From Girardia tigrina (taxonomy: Eukaryota): a stretch of DNA of 64,000 nucleotides. Under the pieces are notes generated by a model. The model saw only the letters and a list, made by a program, of their open reading frames with translations, was not told the origin of the DNA and did no database searches. The stretch covers positions 1-64,000 of the forward strand of contig MQRK01227496.1 of NCBI GenBank assembly GCA_001938485.1, read 5' to 3'. The position numbers and the translations under genes are program-made. This document shows, piece after piece, positions 1 through 13,627 of this stretch; position 1 is the first letter of the stretch; each line of letters starts with the position of its first letter.

Positions 1-2
1 TG

Positions 3-125
3 ACAAAAGTATCGAGCTTATGCTTTCAAAAATACAAATGCCTTAAAGTACTCGGAGAAGGAGGATATAGCAAGGTTTTTGAAGCTATCAAATTAAGAAC
101 CTCTGCAGAGATACAACAACTATAA
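3..125 (+). pseudogene. Protein kinase subdomain I fragment, cut by the window start
   Basis: Frame 3 reads ...QKYKCLKVLGEGGYSKVFEAIKLRTSAEIQQL*. Gly-rich loop GxGxxxxV, then a stop with no splice donor. Confidence 0.5.
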
Positions 126-155
126 TCCACAATTATATTATTTAATTGAGTGAAT

Positions 156-253
156 TAATTTCTCCAATGAATTAATTTCCCTAGTGAATTAAATTAAGAT
201 TAAATTCATTAAAAATTAATTCACTAGGGAAATGAATTCATTGGGGAAATTAA
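156..253. repeat. Imperfect inverted repeat (hairpin) with ~36-bp arms
   Basis: taatttctccaatgaattaatttccctagtgaattaa pairs with ttaattcactagggaaatgaattcattggggaaatta. Confidence 0.75.
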
Positions 254-3240
254 TGCGTTATCCCCAAAATAATCATTTATTGCATTACTACAAGAGTCAC
301 ATTTTCACAAGAGTCATATTTCGATCTAAATTGAACTTTTTCGGGTTCATTGAGAGAACAAAATGTTTCAACAAAAACGAAAAGCAAATTAGCTGTATTA
401 AATTACAGAATTTTAAAAAAATTATCTTTGGATAAAAATACAACTTTAATTTTGTAAGAGAGTGTCGTTAATTTTTTAATTTTCGGAAATAAGAATTTTG
501 GTTTTTAAAAATTTCGAATTATAATCGAAATTAAAAAAATAATGGAAAATAGAATTAAAAAAAAGAAAATAAAAATATGAAAATTTGTTTAAATAACAAA
601 TTTAACCTGTCGTAGATTAATAAATTTTGCAAGTCTTAATTTCTTTTTGATTTAGAATGGATGATAATTCCCAACCTAACAAATTTTTTACAAAATCTTT
701 TTTTTGTAAATTACAAAAATGCATCTATTTAATAAAATTCCTGTAATAGGATTCCATAACAAAAACTAAAGACGACTTAATGCAAAAATATATATTTAAT
801 AATTTTAAAATTACACGCATTTGTTGATATTATTTAAACAACTTCAAGAGATTAATTTGAATATTCTGGACCCGTTATTGTAATACATTTAGTACAATAA
901 AGATAATATAAATACCATATAATTATTTATCCTCTAAACTACACATACTAAATAGTGCATGAAATTTTATAGAAAATTATGCACATAACTTTTTAGATTA
1001 AATCTGGTAAACATATATAAAATTAAAATATTTTGATTTTACACCACTAAAAAAACAAAGATTTATTAAATGATTAAAAATCTAAATTTTGATAGACCAA
1101 AATATTTTATAGTATTAATAGAAGCAAAATCAACGAGATTAGACCATTTTCTATGGAGACGAGGAAGATTGAGATTAGTAACGGTGAGATAAAATTAGTG
1201 ATTCCCTCACCTCCCAGGGACGACTCACCGACCCGCAGTACCACATACACGTAACCTAGTACGCCTCGCTAATACGTTCATCAAAAATATTATTTTTGTA
1301 TACCTATAAATGGGAATCACATGATATTCCGCAAATGGGATAAAACTATTATATTTGAATGATACTTTTCGACTATCAAAAGTAATAATATAAGACTTTA
1401 AAGCTCATATTTATCCAAACAAACTCTGAAAATTATAATATTTTCGTAATAAAGTTTTCTACTCTTGGAAAACTTTTTAATATGATTTATTTGTTTAACA
1501 CAAGTTAGAGTTTCAACCCGTTTGTTAATGGCGCTTGAAGATGAACAAAACATGAAATTACTAAAAAATATATAGAAAAAATCATTAAAATAATAATTAT
1601 TTTAAGGAGAATATTTCCTCATACAAAACTTTTGAAAAAATGAATAAGTTAAAAACTGTAATGAAAAGAAGTAAAAATGTAACAGCAAATAATAAGTTAC
1701 AATGTATAACATTATTTATTATTAAGGGAAATAATTTTAGGAAATTTATAGAAAAAACTTTTTTTGCATATGTCACAAAACAAATGATTTAATTTTCTTT
1801 CTATGAAAAAAATATTTCTTCTCAAAGACAAAGAAAATATAAAAATAATTCCCACAAATATGTGAATAATTTTGATGAGGAAAAAATAACTCAAAAAATA
1901 AAAAAATGAAAATAATAAATAAATATAAATTTATTATAAATATTTATATATTAAAACTATATTGTTATTTCTTTTTTTTGATTTTTGTAATCTCTAACTT
2001 CTTTTAAGAAAGTTTTATCTCTAAGAGAAGAAAAAGTAAAAATTCTGAAAAAATAAATATAAATTCTGAAAAAAACATTACGTTTAAATTTTCCTTTAAA
2101 AGATGGTTGACCTAAAAGTTGCATTCTTGAACAAAAATACCTTCAAATCATCGAAAAATATATAATAAAAGCTTTCCATGTATTAAATAAGTATTTTTTG
2201 TTTATAAATATATTCATGAATTTTTTGTTTTATTTATTTATTTTGACATTTGAATGAAATAATATTTAATATTACATAGGATAATTATTCAGAATCACAA
2301 ATAAATTTGCAAAGACAAAAAAAATCGAAAAAGTGTGTCGCTTTAATTATCGTTTTTTCTTTTTTATTTTTAAAATTAAATGAACTAAAAACGAAAATAA
2401 ACATAATATTCAAAATTAAGTAATTAAAATTATTTACAAATCAAGAATAGTAAAAAAATATATTATATTTATTTTATTTTGATTTTGTCCGTATGTATTT
2501 TTTTATTTTATTAAAAAATCAAAAATTATTAAGACATTTAAAGTATAGACAAAAATATTTTAAAATAAGACAAATATGAAAAATAAAATTATATTTTTTT
2601 AAAAAATATAATATTGTTTTGCTTTATAATTATTGGTTAGATAATTTATAATATGGAAAAAAAGATAATATATAATTGTTTTTCTTATTACCAAATATTA
2701 TTTATAGTAGAAGATTTTATTATTCTTTCTTTATTATTTTATTTTTTAAATTTTTATGAATTGAAGTTTGTAATAATAATTGTTATTTTATTTTTCTCAT
2801 TTTTAGTATTTCTTATAATATATTGATTTGGAAACTTTTTTCAAAATAAAATGTTATCACAACAAATATCACAAAATGTTATAATTTGTATGCAATTTTT
2901 AAGGTTATTAAACCTTTACATCTCCGCAAATTCATAAAACTATGTATTTTACTTTAATTTAAGGAAGTAGAAGAAAGTACCAGAATTTTCTTCCTATATG
3001 TCTAAGACAGTTTATTTGTATTTCTATTTTTGCTTTCAATAAGCGTCACCAATATTGAAAATAGCATTTTTAAAAGACTGTGGATTGTTTATATATTTCA
3101 AATTTTAAAAAAGTTAGCTTTTTACTCGAAATTTTATGTATTATTTCAGTACATAAATTTAAAACTGTTTTTTTACAATTACTGTCAAGAACATTTTCCG
3201 ATTATATCCCCAGGGCGTATTCTCAGAAAACTGCGGTAAA

Positions 3241-4360
3241 TAGTATGTTGCATAAGTAAGGAACACCCAGCAATAATTTTATTAAAGAAAATTAACGAAT
3301 AACTCTGTAAGCAAGCACTTAATATATCCCCGTCGGCATAGATGAATAGAGACGGTGGCACATTTTAGGTGTTACAACATGGTCTCAAGCCTTTGTAATG
3401 AATTGAAGGAGGATTTGTAAGTTAGTCACATTGTCATGCTTACAAATGTAACCTTTCATTAAACCCCATATATTTTCAATGGGATTCAAATCAGGGCTTA
3501 AAACATGACACCGTGTTGATTCAGGCTACTTGGAGAAACTGCCGTGTATGTGCAGCGGAATGTGGTGATGCGTTGTCTTGTTGAAACAAATGGCCCCGGT
3601 AGATGGAGAGTGTAACATCTTCAAGGAAATGCTTGAGATATGCCTCTAACATAGATGTGTGGTGTGTGGCAGTAATGTTACTATCAATGAAGCACAATTT
3701 TTGTCATCATTACTCGCGATACATCCAAAGACCATCAGTTTTTGACGAATGTTTGTTGAAACAGGTAAAACACTACATGAGGCAAACTTATAATTTGACT
3801 GTTGTTGAACAAAAGCACGTCTTTTTGCACTACAGTCCGCGAGCTCAACAGAATTTTCATCCGAGAATAACCCCGCACTGAAGCCAGTGTAATAATGAGA
3901 GCGACACCAATTCCGTCTGGCTATTTTATGTCGTTGGGTAAGATCGTCTATTGCTGCAAGCTTTGAGGAAAATCAACGATGAAGGGTATTATGAGCAGCA
4001 TGGACAGAGAGGAAAATCTCTTCTGCACTTTTCCGTAGAGATAAACCCTCTTCACATTTTCTGTAAATGACACGCACAAGGTCATCAGATAAGCGCATCC
4101 CACGTATTGTGTTCTGCTTCAGAAAAAAATGACTTACTATGAAGTTAAACATGTGACACCTATGCACTTCACACAATTATGACAGAAAGAGTCTGTATAC
4201 ACACATGCACATACATGCCATGACACTGGCGCTGATGGCAGAGAGAGCAAAGTCCACAACGTATATCTACCCTCACTGAGGTAAAAGTATGCACTTTGGC
4301 TTCACTTAAACTCTCCTTATCATAATGATTGTTGGGTGTTCTTTCTTTGTGTACATATTT
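3241..4360 (-). mobile_element. Degenerate Tc1-like (DD34E) transposon
   Basis: HTH-like MRLSDDLVRVIYRKCEEGLSLRKSAE; catalytic remnants FQQDNASPH and DLNPIENIWG; imperfect TIRs (taaggaacacccagcaat / attgttgggtgttcttt). Confidence 0.8.
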
Positions 4361-5095
4361 ATATCAAAATATAATATTATTTTCAAGTTAGAGAAAAACA
4401 ACCGATTTACAAAAATGATAAGATTGTATTTGAATAAGATTGTATAATAATAAGATTGTATATAAATATTTCAACAAAGAATACAAGGATAATACAATAA
4501 TATTATGAGTGATAAAAGCCAATGATGGCAGCCTAGAAGCCAAATTCTTAATCCTCAAAATCAGGTTTGTACTTCTGTTATTTATTTCCTGATTAAATTT
4601 TTAATAATTTTTATGTTACTAAAATTCTGATTATTATACAAAGTTTTACAAACCTGATTTGAGTTGACTTTGAAAATTATTATTTATTTTAATGTTTTTA
4701 AGTCACCCCCTAAATGACACAATCATAAAGTCAAAATATATTTATCCAGAGGGATCACAATCCAGAATGATCAAAACCCAAAACAATCAATGTATTCTTC
4801 AATATCAGTTAAAAAGTTTAATGTCATTTAATTCATAAACCAAAATTACAGTAGATTAAAATTCGAAATGAAATTCATCTTATTTGTGGTAATTATTTTC
4901 TAACTTGGATCAACCTTAAAAATAAAAAAAAGATTAAAACCTGAAAGATCAAAATCTTAAACGTGTCCAATCACTCAAAACCTTGAGGGAAATATATAAA
5001 TACAACAGTGGCTAAACGTTAATTTATAATATCAACGTATGTTTCAGAAAAAATCATTTAATATGATAGATTAAAAATAATCAATTCGAACAAAC

Positions 5096-5407
5096 CATTT
5101 TTGTAGGACTGGTCATTGGTTGACCATGAATATGTGGTCAAAACTGCGTTCTTAAGGGTATTATCTTTGTTGGTAAAAGGACATATATTCATTAGGGAGG
5201 ATTGGTTGACCATAGGTGCATTGCCATATTCTTTCAATAAAAACGTTTCATCTTCTCTAATACTTTTAGAATCTTTATTTGTTTTATGGGGTAAAGATGA
5301 ATAAACACTAGCATCAAGAATCCGACCGGGTGGAGAATCAAAACTACTGTTGTCACTGGTCATTGAATGGGCTTGTTGAAGATTAGGGGATAAAAAACTT
5401 TTGATTT
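5096..5407 (-). CDS. DDR: DDR-like exon, cytoplasmic juxtamembrane region
   Basis: 312 bp, phase 1/1, acceptor tttttttaag, donor gtttgt. Ser/Tyr-rich open frame [38 protein letters not shown]...SYKN. Same strand and phase as the TM exon; linkage across a 21-kb intron is inferred. Confidence 0.68.
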
Positions 5408-8400
5408 CTTAAAAAAAATATAAACTTTAAAATTATTTACATAACAAAAAATTCTCATATTTAAGATTCGTAATAAAACTTTAAATATGCAATAAAATGT
5501 GATATTATTATATAAGTAACTATATAATCATTAAATTATATTGATATTGATTATTTTATAAATTTTAGTAATAATTATAACTTATTAGGTCAATTTTCAA
5601 ATAGTAGTATAAGTAAAAATAAGTTTTTTTGTGATTAAAAATGGGTTTTGTCTCAGAACAAAATGAATGAACGGAATAATCAAAGTATCGTCTATCACAG
5701 ATTACCATTTTTATCATTTCTCAGCCACATTTAAATCGCCATTCTTGATACATAGAAACTACTTAATTCATGATCAATCAGTTGGAGCTTTGCCAATATA
5801 CAGTGATTGAAAGCATTCAATAAAAAAACATCCTCACAATCCGCATGAAATCAACGGATTTCATTACAATATTGCTTAGCCCTATTTCAAGCTTCAATAT
5901 ATCATTGCTCAACCTGATTGATTCATCAGACATTACTACAAAGCTATCGACTGCAAATTCATCTTGCTTCACAACTGTCTTCGAACTTGATTACCGACAA
6001 TCTATCCCACAACTTTTACACCCAGAGAATAAACTGGCCTTGTTGTGGATTAAAAGTCCACTGGTAGTACGATGGACACGTATCATTCAGTTATTGGCTA
6101 TCTCAGATACTTTCTCCTAGAGACGGAATTAAATCGTCCTTCTTGTTGGACGACTTCGTAAAGTACAGCGTTTACTCTCTACCCGTCATTTTTTCCTATC
6201 CGCTACATTTTTGTAAATCCCCGTTTTTGGCGGGTAGGAGAATCAACACTGCATGTCTGACTGGCTGGCACAGAGATCCATAACAAAAGAATAGTTCTTT
6301 TAATTTTTATTCCAATAAATAATAAAATTATGAAAATAAAATATATAAATAATGAAAATTATTTAAAATAAAAACCTAATAAAATCTGTGTCCAGATCCC
6401 CTTATATATTTGGTTTTTATTTTTTCGAAATTCGAGAATATTCTGTTCAGTAATTAATAGGTATTAGTAAATATAATTGTTACTTGGTCATTATAATCTC
6501 TTAAACTTGGATTTTCATCAGTTATTTTATTAAAAAAACATTAAAGTAGATACAAAATTAAATTTTTATCTCAGAAATATTGATCAGCTTCATCACATAT
6601 ACAAGATGTTGTATCTCTTTGCTTCCTAATGTCGTTGTTCATCAGTTTAATGTTGAAAATGGCTGAATAACATTTGGAAATCGTAACAATATCAAAGTGG
6701 AAAACCGTCAATACGGAAAGCATTGATAACATTCTATCTTCAAACAAAAATTTACTACATGATTCTTTTGATGAAAATGTACTTTTCAATTCCTTCAGTT
6801 TGAGCAACATCAAATGGCAAATGGAAAATAGGATCGGAAAAATAAATCTCATAAAATATATTTTTTTACATCAAAAATATCCTAAAATTATATCACCTAT
6901 ACCAAACGTATTGCGAGAGACCTGAACGAATTAGGACATTCGGAAATCTTGAAACATCTCATTTTTCCATCCATTCACACATCAAAGCGATTTGAAGACC
7001 TTTTTTCAATTCCAAAAAAGCAAAAAAAACAATATATAAAAGACTGAGTACATTTCGGTTTTTATAAGTTACGTGTAGGGAGCGTACATGGAAGTCGATG
7101 ATCGAGTATTGCACTGTAGGGTATATATTGGTGAACAAAATTTATTTTGTTCAAAAGTTTTAAATAAGTAGAGTTGCGTTTTATATCTTTTTGTATATTT
7201 TATAACCAATAATTAAATATATATTAGGATCATAATTTTTATGCCCTTACAGAGGATATATATTACTGTTTCTTCTTCGGAACAGATCTGTTCACAGTTT
7301 TTATTTTTCCAAAGATATATTTTTCTTTGAAAGAATTAAAGATATTGTTTTTTTAAGATTAATATATTTCATTTTAACCCTTTCAATACTAATTTCGGTC
7401 AGGGAAGATATTTCTGTATAATTGAATTAAATGTGCTGTAAATACATAAAAGAACATGTTTACATAATTTAAGATTTCTAAAAATATGGTTTTTGAAAAA
7501 TGCCTTTGAATACATAAGTACATTTTTTTCGCACCATTATTTTTTAACATTCTCTGTGACTTTACGTATACCCACAGTATCGCAAGATTTAGAGGATTTT
7601 TTTAAAAAAAATTATTTTTTGCAAAAAAGTATTTTAAATCGTTGATACCATTCAGTAATCTCTTTTACTTTGATAAATACACAAATGAAATGCAAATTTT
7701 ATGAGCCATATAATTCAAAGTATTTATTACAAAATAATGGCTCCCAGCAATAATATCAACTATTTCCTGTTTTATTTATTATAAAGTAGTTTGTTTTTTA
7801 TTTTCCTAAATGAATTCAATTGTGTCCTAAAATGCTATCAAATTATTATTAATATTCCCATGAATAAGATATATAAAATAAATTAATTATATATATAAAG
7901 AACATCAACATTTTCTTTAACTAAAAAAATTCAAAATATGTTATAAGGATATTTCATTTAATAGGTGGTATTATTAATGTGGCTGTGGTACTGTAGCGCT
8001 GGTGCGGTGTCTCCGGATGACGGGGAAATCTTAATGGTATTGTTCCACTTTAGTTAACATTAGTGTATGTCAATATAAGGTGTATGCAGATAATTTTTAA
8101 TAAGTAAAATGTCAGTTTGACCCGACATACAATCGATTGATTGAAAATATATACGAAAACATTCCAAGTCATATTCAGAACAATCAAGTCTACTCAAAAT
8201 AAAAATAATTACACACACATAAATGTCGCAGGGAGTAGCTTACATGTTAAATACAGTGGATAATTTTTATTTTTGGTTTTTTGAGTTATATTAAGATATC
8301 ATCATTTGAAATTGATCATCGGGCAACATCATACCCACGAGTCGCAGTTTGAGACCATTGATTTAAATAATACTAGAAAAAGTTTAGGACCCCTTAAAAA

Positions 8401-11400
8401 TTAAAAAACCGTATGTAAAATGCGTGGCACGTTAAAACGTCGAAAGCTATTAATTTTTCGTTAAAAACCACATATTTCTATTTTCTTCTAATGGTTTCAC
8501 CATTCGTAAACATAAGGAATTTTTAATTTTTGGATTCAAATCAACACATATATATATATATTTATATTTTTATATACCTAAAATCACTTAGGGTAAGTAG
8601 AATCTACTTCTCAAACTATTCAAAATATAAATTCATAAAGTAAAATTTAGGCTTTTAATCTTCTTTGTAAAATTGTGATTATAAACTGTGAATAAAATAT
8701 ATATATTTTTAAAATAATATCACGTTTTTTTTCTTTTTAATCGAAAAATATATCAATCACCTAGATACATCAACATAAATATAAAAAAAATAAAATATCA
8801 TATGATTTCATAAATTATAAAATTAAAATATCATTGTTTTGATACAAAATGTCACTATCGAAATCTAAATGTAATCTAAAAACGGTTAAGTTGAAATAAA
8901 TAAAATGTTATTATAATTATAATTTTTTGAAAATGTATTTTAATTGAAATGAAAATGTACGTTAAAATGTTAATTAAAAGGTAAAGTGTTAAAATGAAAA
9001 AGTAAAATAAAATGGAAATTTAATAAAAGATGAAATTTTGTATCATGATTATGGGAAATTCTGAATTCGTACCCAGTAAATTCGTATAGAGCAAGTTCAT
9101 TTTCATTTCAAAAAAAATAATTTAGGTATATTTAGAAATTGCATTAACTTTCACTTATTCATTTATTCACTTAAGCATTATTGAATAACACATCATTTCA
9201 TTTAAGGTTTTATTAAAAAAATTTTTTCGATGTTTTAACAATTCGACGTTTTTTTTCGACGTTATTTTTTCGATGTTTTTTTCGACGTTGTAACGTGGTA
9301 CCGGTAAATTGCTAATCCAAAAATTTTGAATTGGATTTCGAAATTCTTCAACATTTGAGATAATAAATGAAAATAACTTAGATAAAATGCGTTTCAGTAA
9401 ATCTATTCCCGCGATCAAATTGTGGCTTGATGACTTTGCTATATATTGGTGGTAATTAATTGATTAACTTATGTGCCATGTCATTCACTGAAACAGATGA
9501 TATTTATGTTTTCGGAATAAATAGTATTATAATATTATTTTGTTATTATTTATAGTGGAAAAGATCTTTTGCTCCTTGCCTAAAGACGATTCAAATCAAC
9601 ATTTTCTGTTATCTTTATTTAATATTTGTCTGAAGTGTTTGTTTTTTTGCTTATTTGTCGGTTACGCTATTAAATGTATAATTGCGGGTAACCGGAGTGA
9701 ATCCACTTAAGGACGTGGTCAATATGGATGGCCCGCATCAAAACAATTCTGTCGGTACAGCACCTTTGTCGAAAGACGCCTGGAAGTCAACGAAATCGAT
9801 CGAATGCCGTAAAAATCGTTAAATGGTTTAATTAACACAAATTTCGAATAACCATGATTTTGATGATTCTGACAAGAAATTTCTAGAAAATTTGTTTTAC
9901 ACAAAATCCCCCATCTTGAATTATTTTTTTGAGTTTATATGGAAACTCTGCTGCCGCAACACTATCACAAATGGCCGCTTCCCCTCTAAAGCTTAAATTA
10001 TGTAAATTTTCTCTGTTTCTAAACCGATCAAACCACCCATTGCTAGCTTGGAATTTGAAATCATCATTTATGCTCGTGCTGGGCTCTTGTAATCTTAAAC
10101 TATCAAAGATTGATTCTGCCTTTTCTTTGACGAGTATCTTGCTTAGCAGCATCCTATGGTAATTCTGCTTATGTATCCATAATGTTAGAAGTAATTCCAT
10201 TCTGACCATTAAAGTGCATCTGTTGCGTGTACATTGTCGGGAAAACAATTGCGTGGAATTTCGGTTTCGAATGCTTTTAACTGTCGATACTAGCAAGATA
10301 AGAGACCCTGCGATTTCTACAGCCGTATGTTTACGATCAAAGCGCTTAAGTATATCCAAAGACTTTCTGGAAGATTTGCGTTTACTGCTCATGCCCATAT
10401 TAAATTTTGCAATTATTAAAACAAATTTAATGTTTAAATTAATGTTAATTAATTAATTTATTTAATGTTAAATTTTATATGGCGAAAAATAAAAAATCAA
10501 TCGACGGAAAAGCGAATAGAAGCATAGCGGGCTTTGATATATAAAATATTAATACTTAAATCACAAAATTAATTATAAACACAATTTACTGATGTTAAAA
10601 ATGATTTTCCTTTTTTTACTTAATCTTTTCCATCAGTACACTAAGCTTTATATATAAAGATATACAAATAAAAATGTGTAATTAAATTAAATATAAAAAA
10701 TGAATCTTTTTATTAAAAAATAATTTTAATCAATGCTCATTTAGCAAGCAAAGAATTAATTAACGATGACTCATTGAGTCATTTTTCAATTCATTATGAC
10801 CGAGTAATCGAGCATTACCAAATTTGTGTGCCGATAAATAATTTAATAAATGGACAGTGAATGAAATAACTCACTCTGATTGCTCAACCAATGAGAGTGA
10901 GCCTTGAGCCAGACATCAATTTCACTATTAATTTAATTTTTTGAAATTTTGTTGGGGAACGTAAAGTGAAAATTAATTTATTATTTAATTGAAATTTTGT
11001 TGAGCTTTTTATGGAGTTTTTTTTAAAGTTTCATTGAAATTGATTGTCGAACGTTAATTGTATGAGATTTAGTCAAACATCAATTTTATTTTTGAAATTT
11101 TTCAAACAGTACCTATCTTAAAATTTTATTGAAAGCTCGTTGCCGATTATTTTAAATTTTGTCAAACTTTCCTTTATTTCAAAAAAGGTTATTGAAGTGT
11201 TTCTTTTGAATATGTAATCTGCACAATAAAATGGGTCCAGCACGAACATAGAATCTTCAAATTTCAAATCCGACACTGCCACTCTATTGCTACCACCGTC
11301 CAGTCTTCGGAGCAACTTGGAGATTGGATGGAACAAGTAGCTTACTATATCGCATTATGTTTTTATTTGTATAGTATCTTATAAATTTATTAATCTTTCT

Positions 11401-13578
11401 TAAAACATTAAAAAAATATTTTCAAAAAAAATAATTTACCCATTAAAAAACATTTAAATAATTATTTTTGATTAAAAAAAGTCACTTGCATTTCTCCACT
11501 AAAAAACGTTTTCTCAATAAATATTAATTTAAAAGAGAAATTATAAAAAATAAAGTTTTCTTCTTTAATTATCTTTGAAAAGAAACAAGTAAAAAGAAAA
11601 CTAAGAAAAGGAAATTACATTAATTTAACAAGGATTAAAAATGTTATTGTAATTTAGAGAACCTAATCATGGGAGTATAATAAGTTATACTTTATACAAA
11701 TTGTCTGGGGATTATCTTTCCTAACTTATATTAAGAAACTGATTGATTTTAAATTTCTGATTACTATTTCTATTTTAGTTTAATTAATTAGTAAAAAACA
11801 TATAGGCAACGAAAAAAATATCTTTTAGTTTATTTTCGAAGCTCAAGTAAATTGTGGATCTCGATATGTTTCTAAAACTATTTGTGAAGACATTCAACGG
11901 AACGTTGAAATTTAATTTTTATTTATTTTATTAAAATTTTGTAATTAATTAAAATTAATTAATGTCTAGTTATTAATAAGTTTAATTTAAATATTTGAAA
12001 TATTATAATTTTAATTATTATTTAATGTTAAATAATATGTTTAAGTCAATATATTAGGTTGGTCGAAAAATAATGGCGGTTTTTGAGCTTTATACTTTGT
12101 TTATCTACTTTGATATGTATATAAGTTTAAATGCATTAGTGTTAGATATTATTTGAAATATTATGCCTAGCTGTATATTCCTATACCATTATTAACATAT
12201 TGCTGTTATTTTTTAGAATATTTACGGTGCTAAATTAATAATGGAAAAAATTAAAATTCGAGCAATTTTCTTGTACGAATTTAAACTTGGTCGTAAAGCA
12301 GCAGNNNNNNNNNNNNNNNNNNNNNNNNNNNNNNNNNNNNNNNNNNNNNNNNNNTTAATAATGGAAAAAATTAAAATTCGAGCAATTTTCTTGTACGAAT
12401 TTAAACTTGGTCGTAAAGCAGCAGAAACGGCTCGCAATATCAATAAAGCGTTTGGCAAGAGAACAGCTTCTGAATGCACAGTGCAACGATGGTTCCGAAA
12501 ATTTTCGGATGGAGATGAAAACCTTGAAGTTGAAGAAGGTTGTGGTCGTCCAGTTGCTGTGAACAACAACAATTTGAGGACAATGGTGGAAACAGATCCC
12601 AGTACAACAATCAGAGAACTTGCAGATTGGTTGGGCATTAGTCATTCAACAGTCTTGGATCATTTAAAACAACTTGGAAAAATCAAGAAACTTGATAAAT
12701 GGGTTCCACATAATTTGAATGAAAATCAAAAGAACCGACGCTATGAAATTTGTTCTGCCAATCATCTTCGCAATAAAAAAGATCCATTTCTTGATCGTAT
12801 TGTTACCTGTGATGAGAAATGGAACCTGTATGATAACCGACATCGATCTGCACAGTGGTTGGACAAAGATGAAGTACCGAAAGATTTTCCAAAACCGAAA
12901 CTAAGGTTATGGTGACAGTTTGGTGGTATGATGCTGGAATCATCCACTATAGTTTCTTGAATCCAGGTGAAACAATCACAGCGGAGAGGTATTGTCATGA
13001 AATTGATGAAATGCATAAAAAATTGAAAACCCTTTGTCCGGGATTGGNNNNNNNNNNNNNNNNNNNNNNNNNNNNNNNNNNNNNNNNNNNNNNNNNNGAA
13101 ATGCATAAAAAATTGAAAACCCTTTGTCCGGGATTGGTCAATCGAAAAAGTCCCATCCTTCTTCATGATAACGCTAGACCTCATATTTCAAAAGTGACTC
13201 TTCAAAAGTTTAATGAAATGGACTATGAAACCCTGCTTCATCCACCATATTCACCAGACCTCTCGCCAACGGTCTTCTACTTTTTCAGGCATTTGTACAA
13301 CTTCCTACGTGAAAAAATTTTCAAAAACCTAAATGATGCTCAAAATGCCTTCCAAGAATTCGTCGCTTCGAGAACCGATGCATTTTATGCTGCTGGAATA
13401 AAACAACTTGTTTCTCGTTGGCAAAAATGTATTGGTGCCAACGGTTCATACTTTGATTAATAAACTTTTGTTTCTGTGAATTTGCACGTCTTTGAAGTTT
13501 TTGTCCCAAAACCGCCATTATTTTTCGACCAACCTAATATAACAGTAAGTCTGTTTTATAAAATTTGTATTTTTAATG

Positions 13579-13627
<49 letters not shown>

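Noticed and set aside
1200-1270. GC-rich island with a gtgagt donor as a further DDR exon; similar island at 7965-8030
   Set aside because: The two islands resemble each other in inverted orientation (cagtaccaca core), so they are probably a short dispersed repeat, and neither gives a convincing DDR-like frame.
5630-7130. GC-richer stretches with short ORFs and possible C2H2 remnants
   Set aside because: Stops in all frames and no identifiable motif or termini; probably old transposon debris, not assignable.
12236-12424. Apparent tandem duplication of the mariner start, and again at 13008-13137
   Set aside because: Identical sequence on both sides of a 50-N gap indicates unmerged contig overlap, an assembly artefact.
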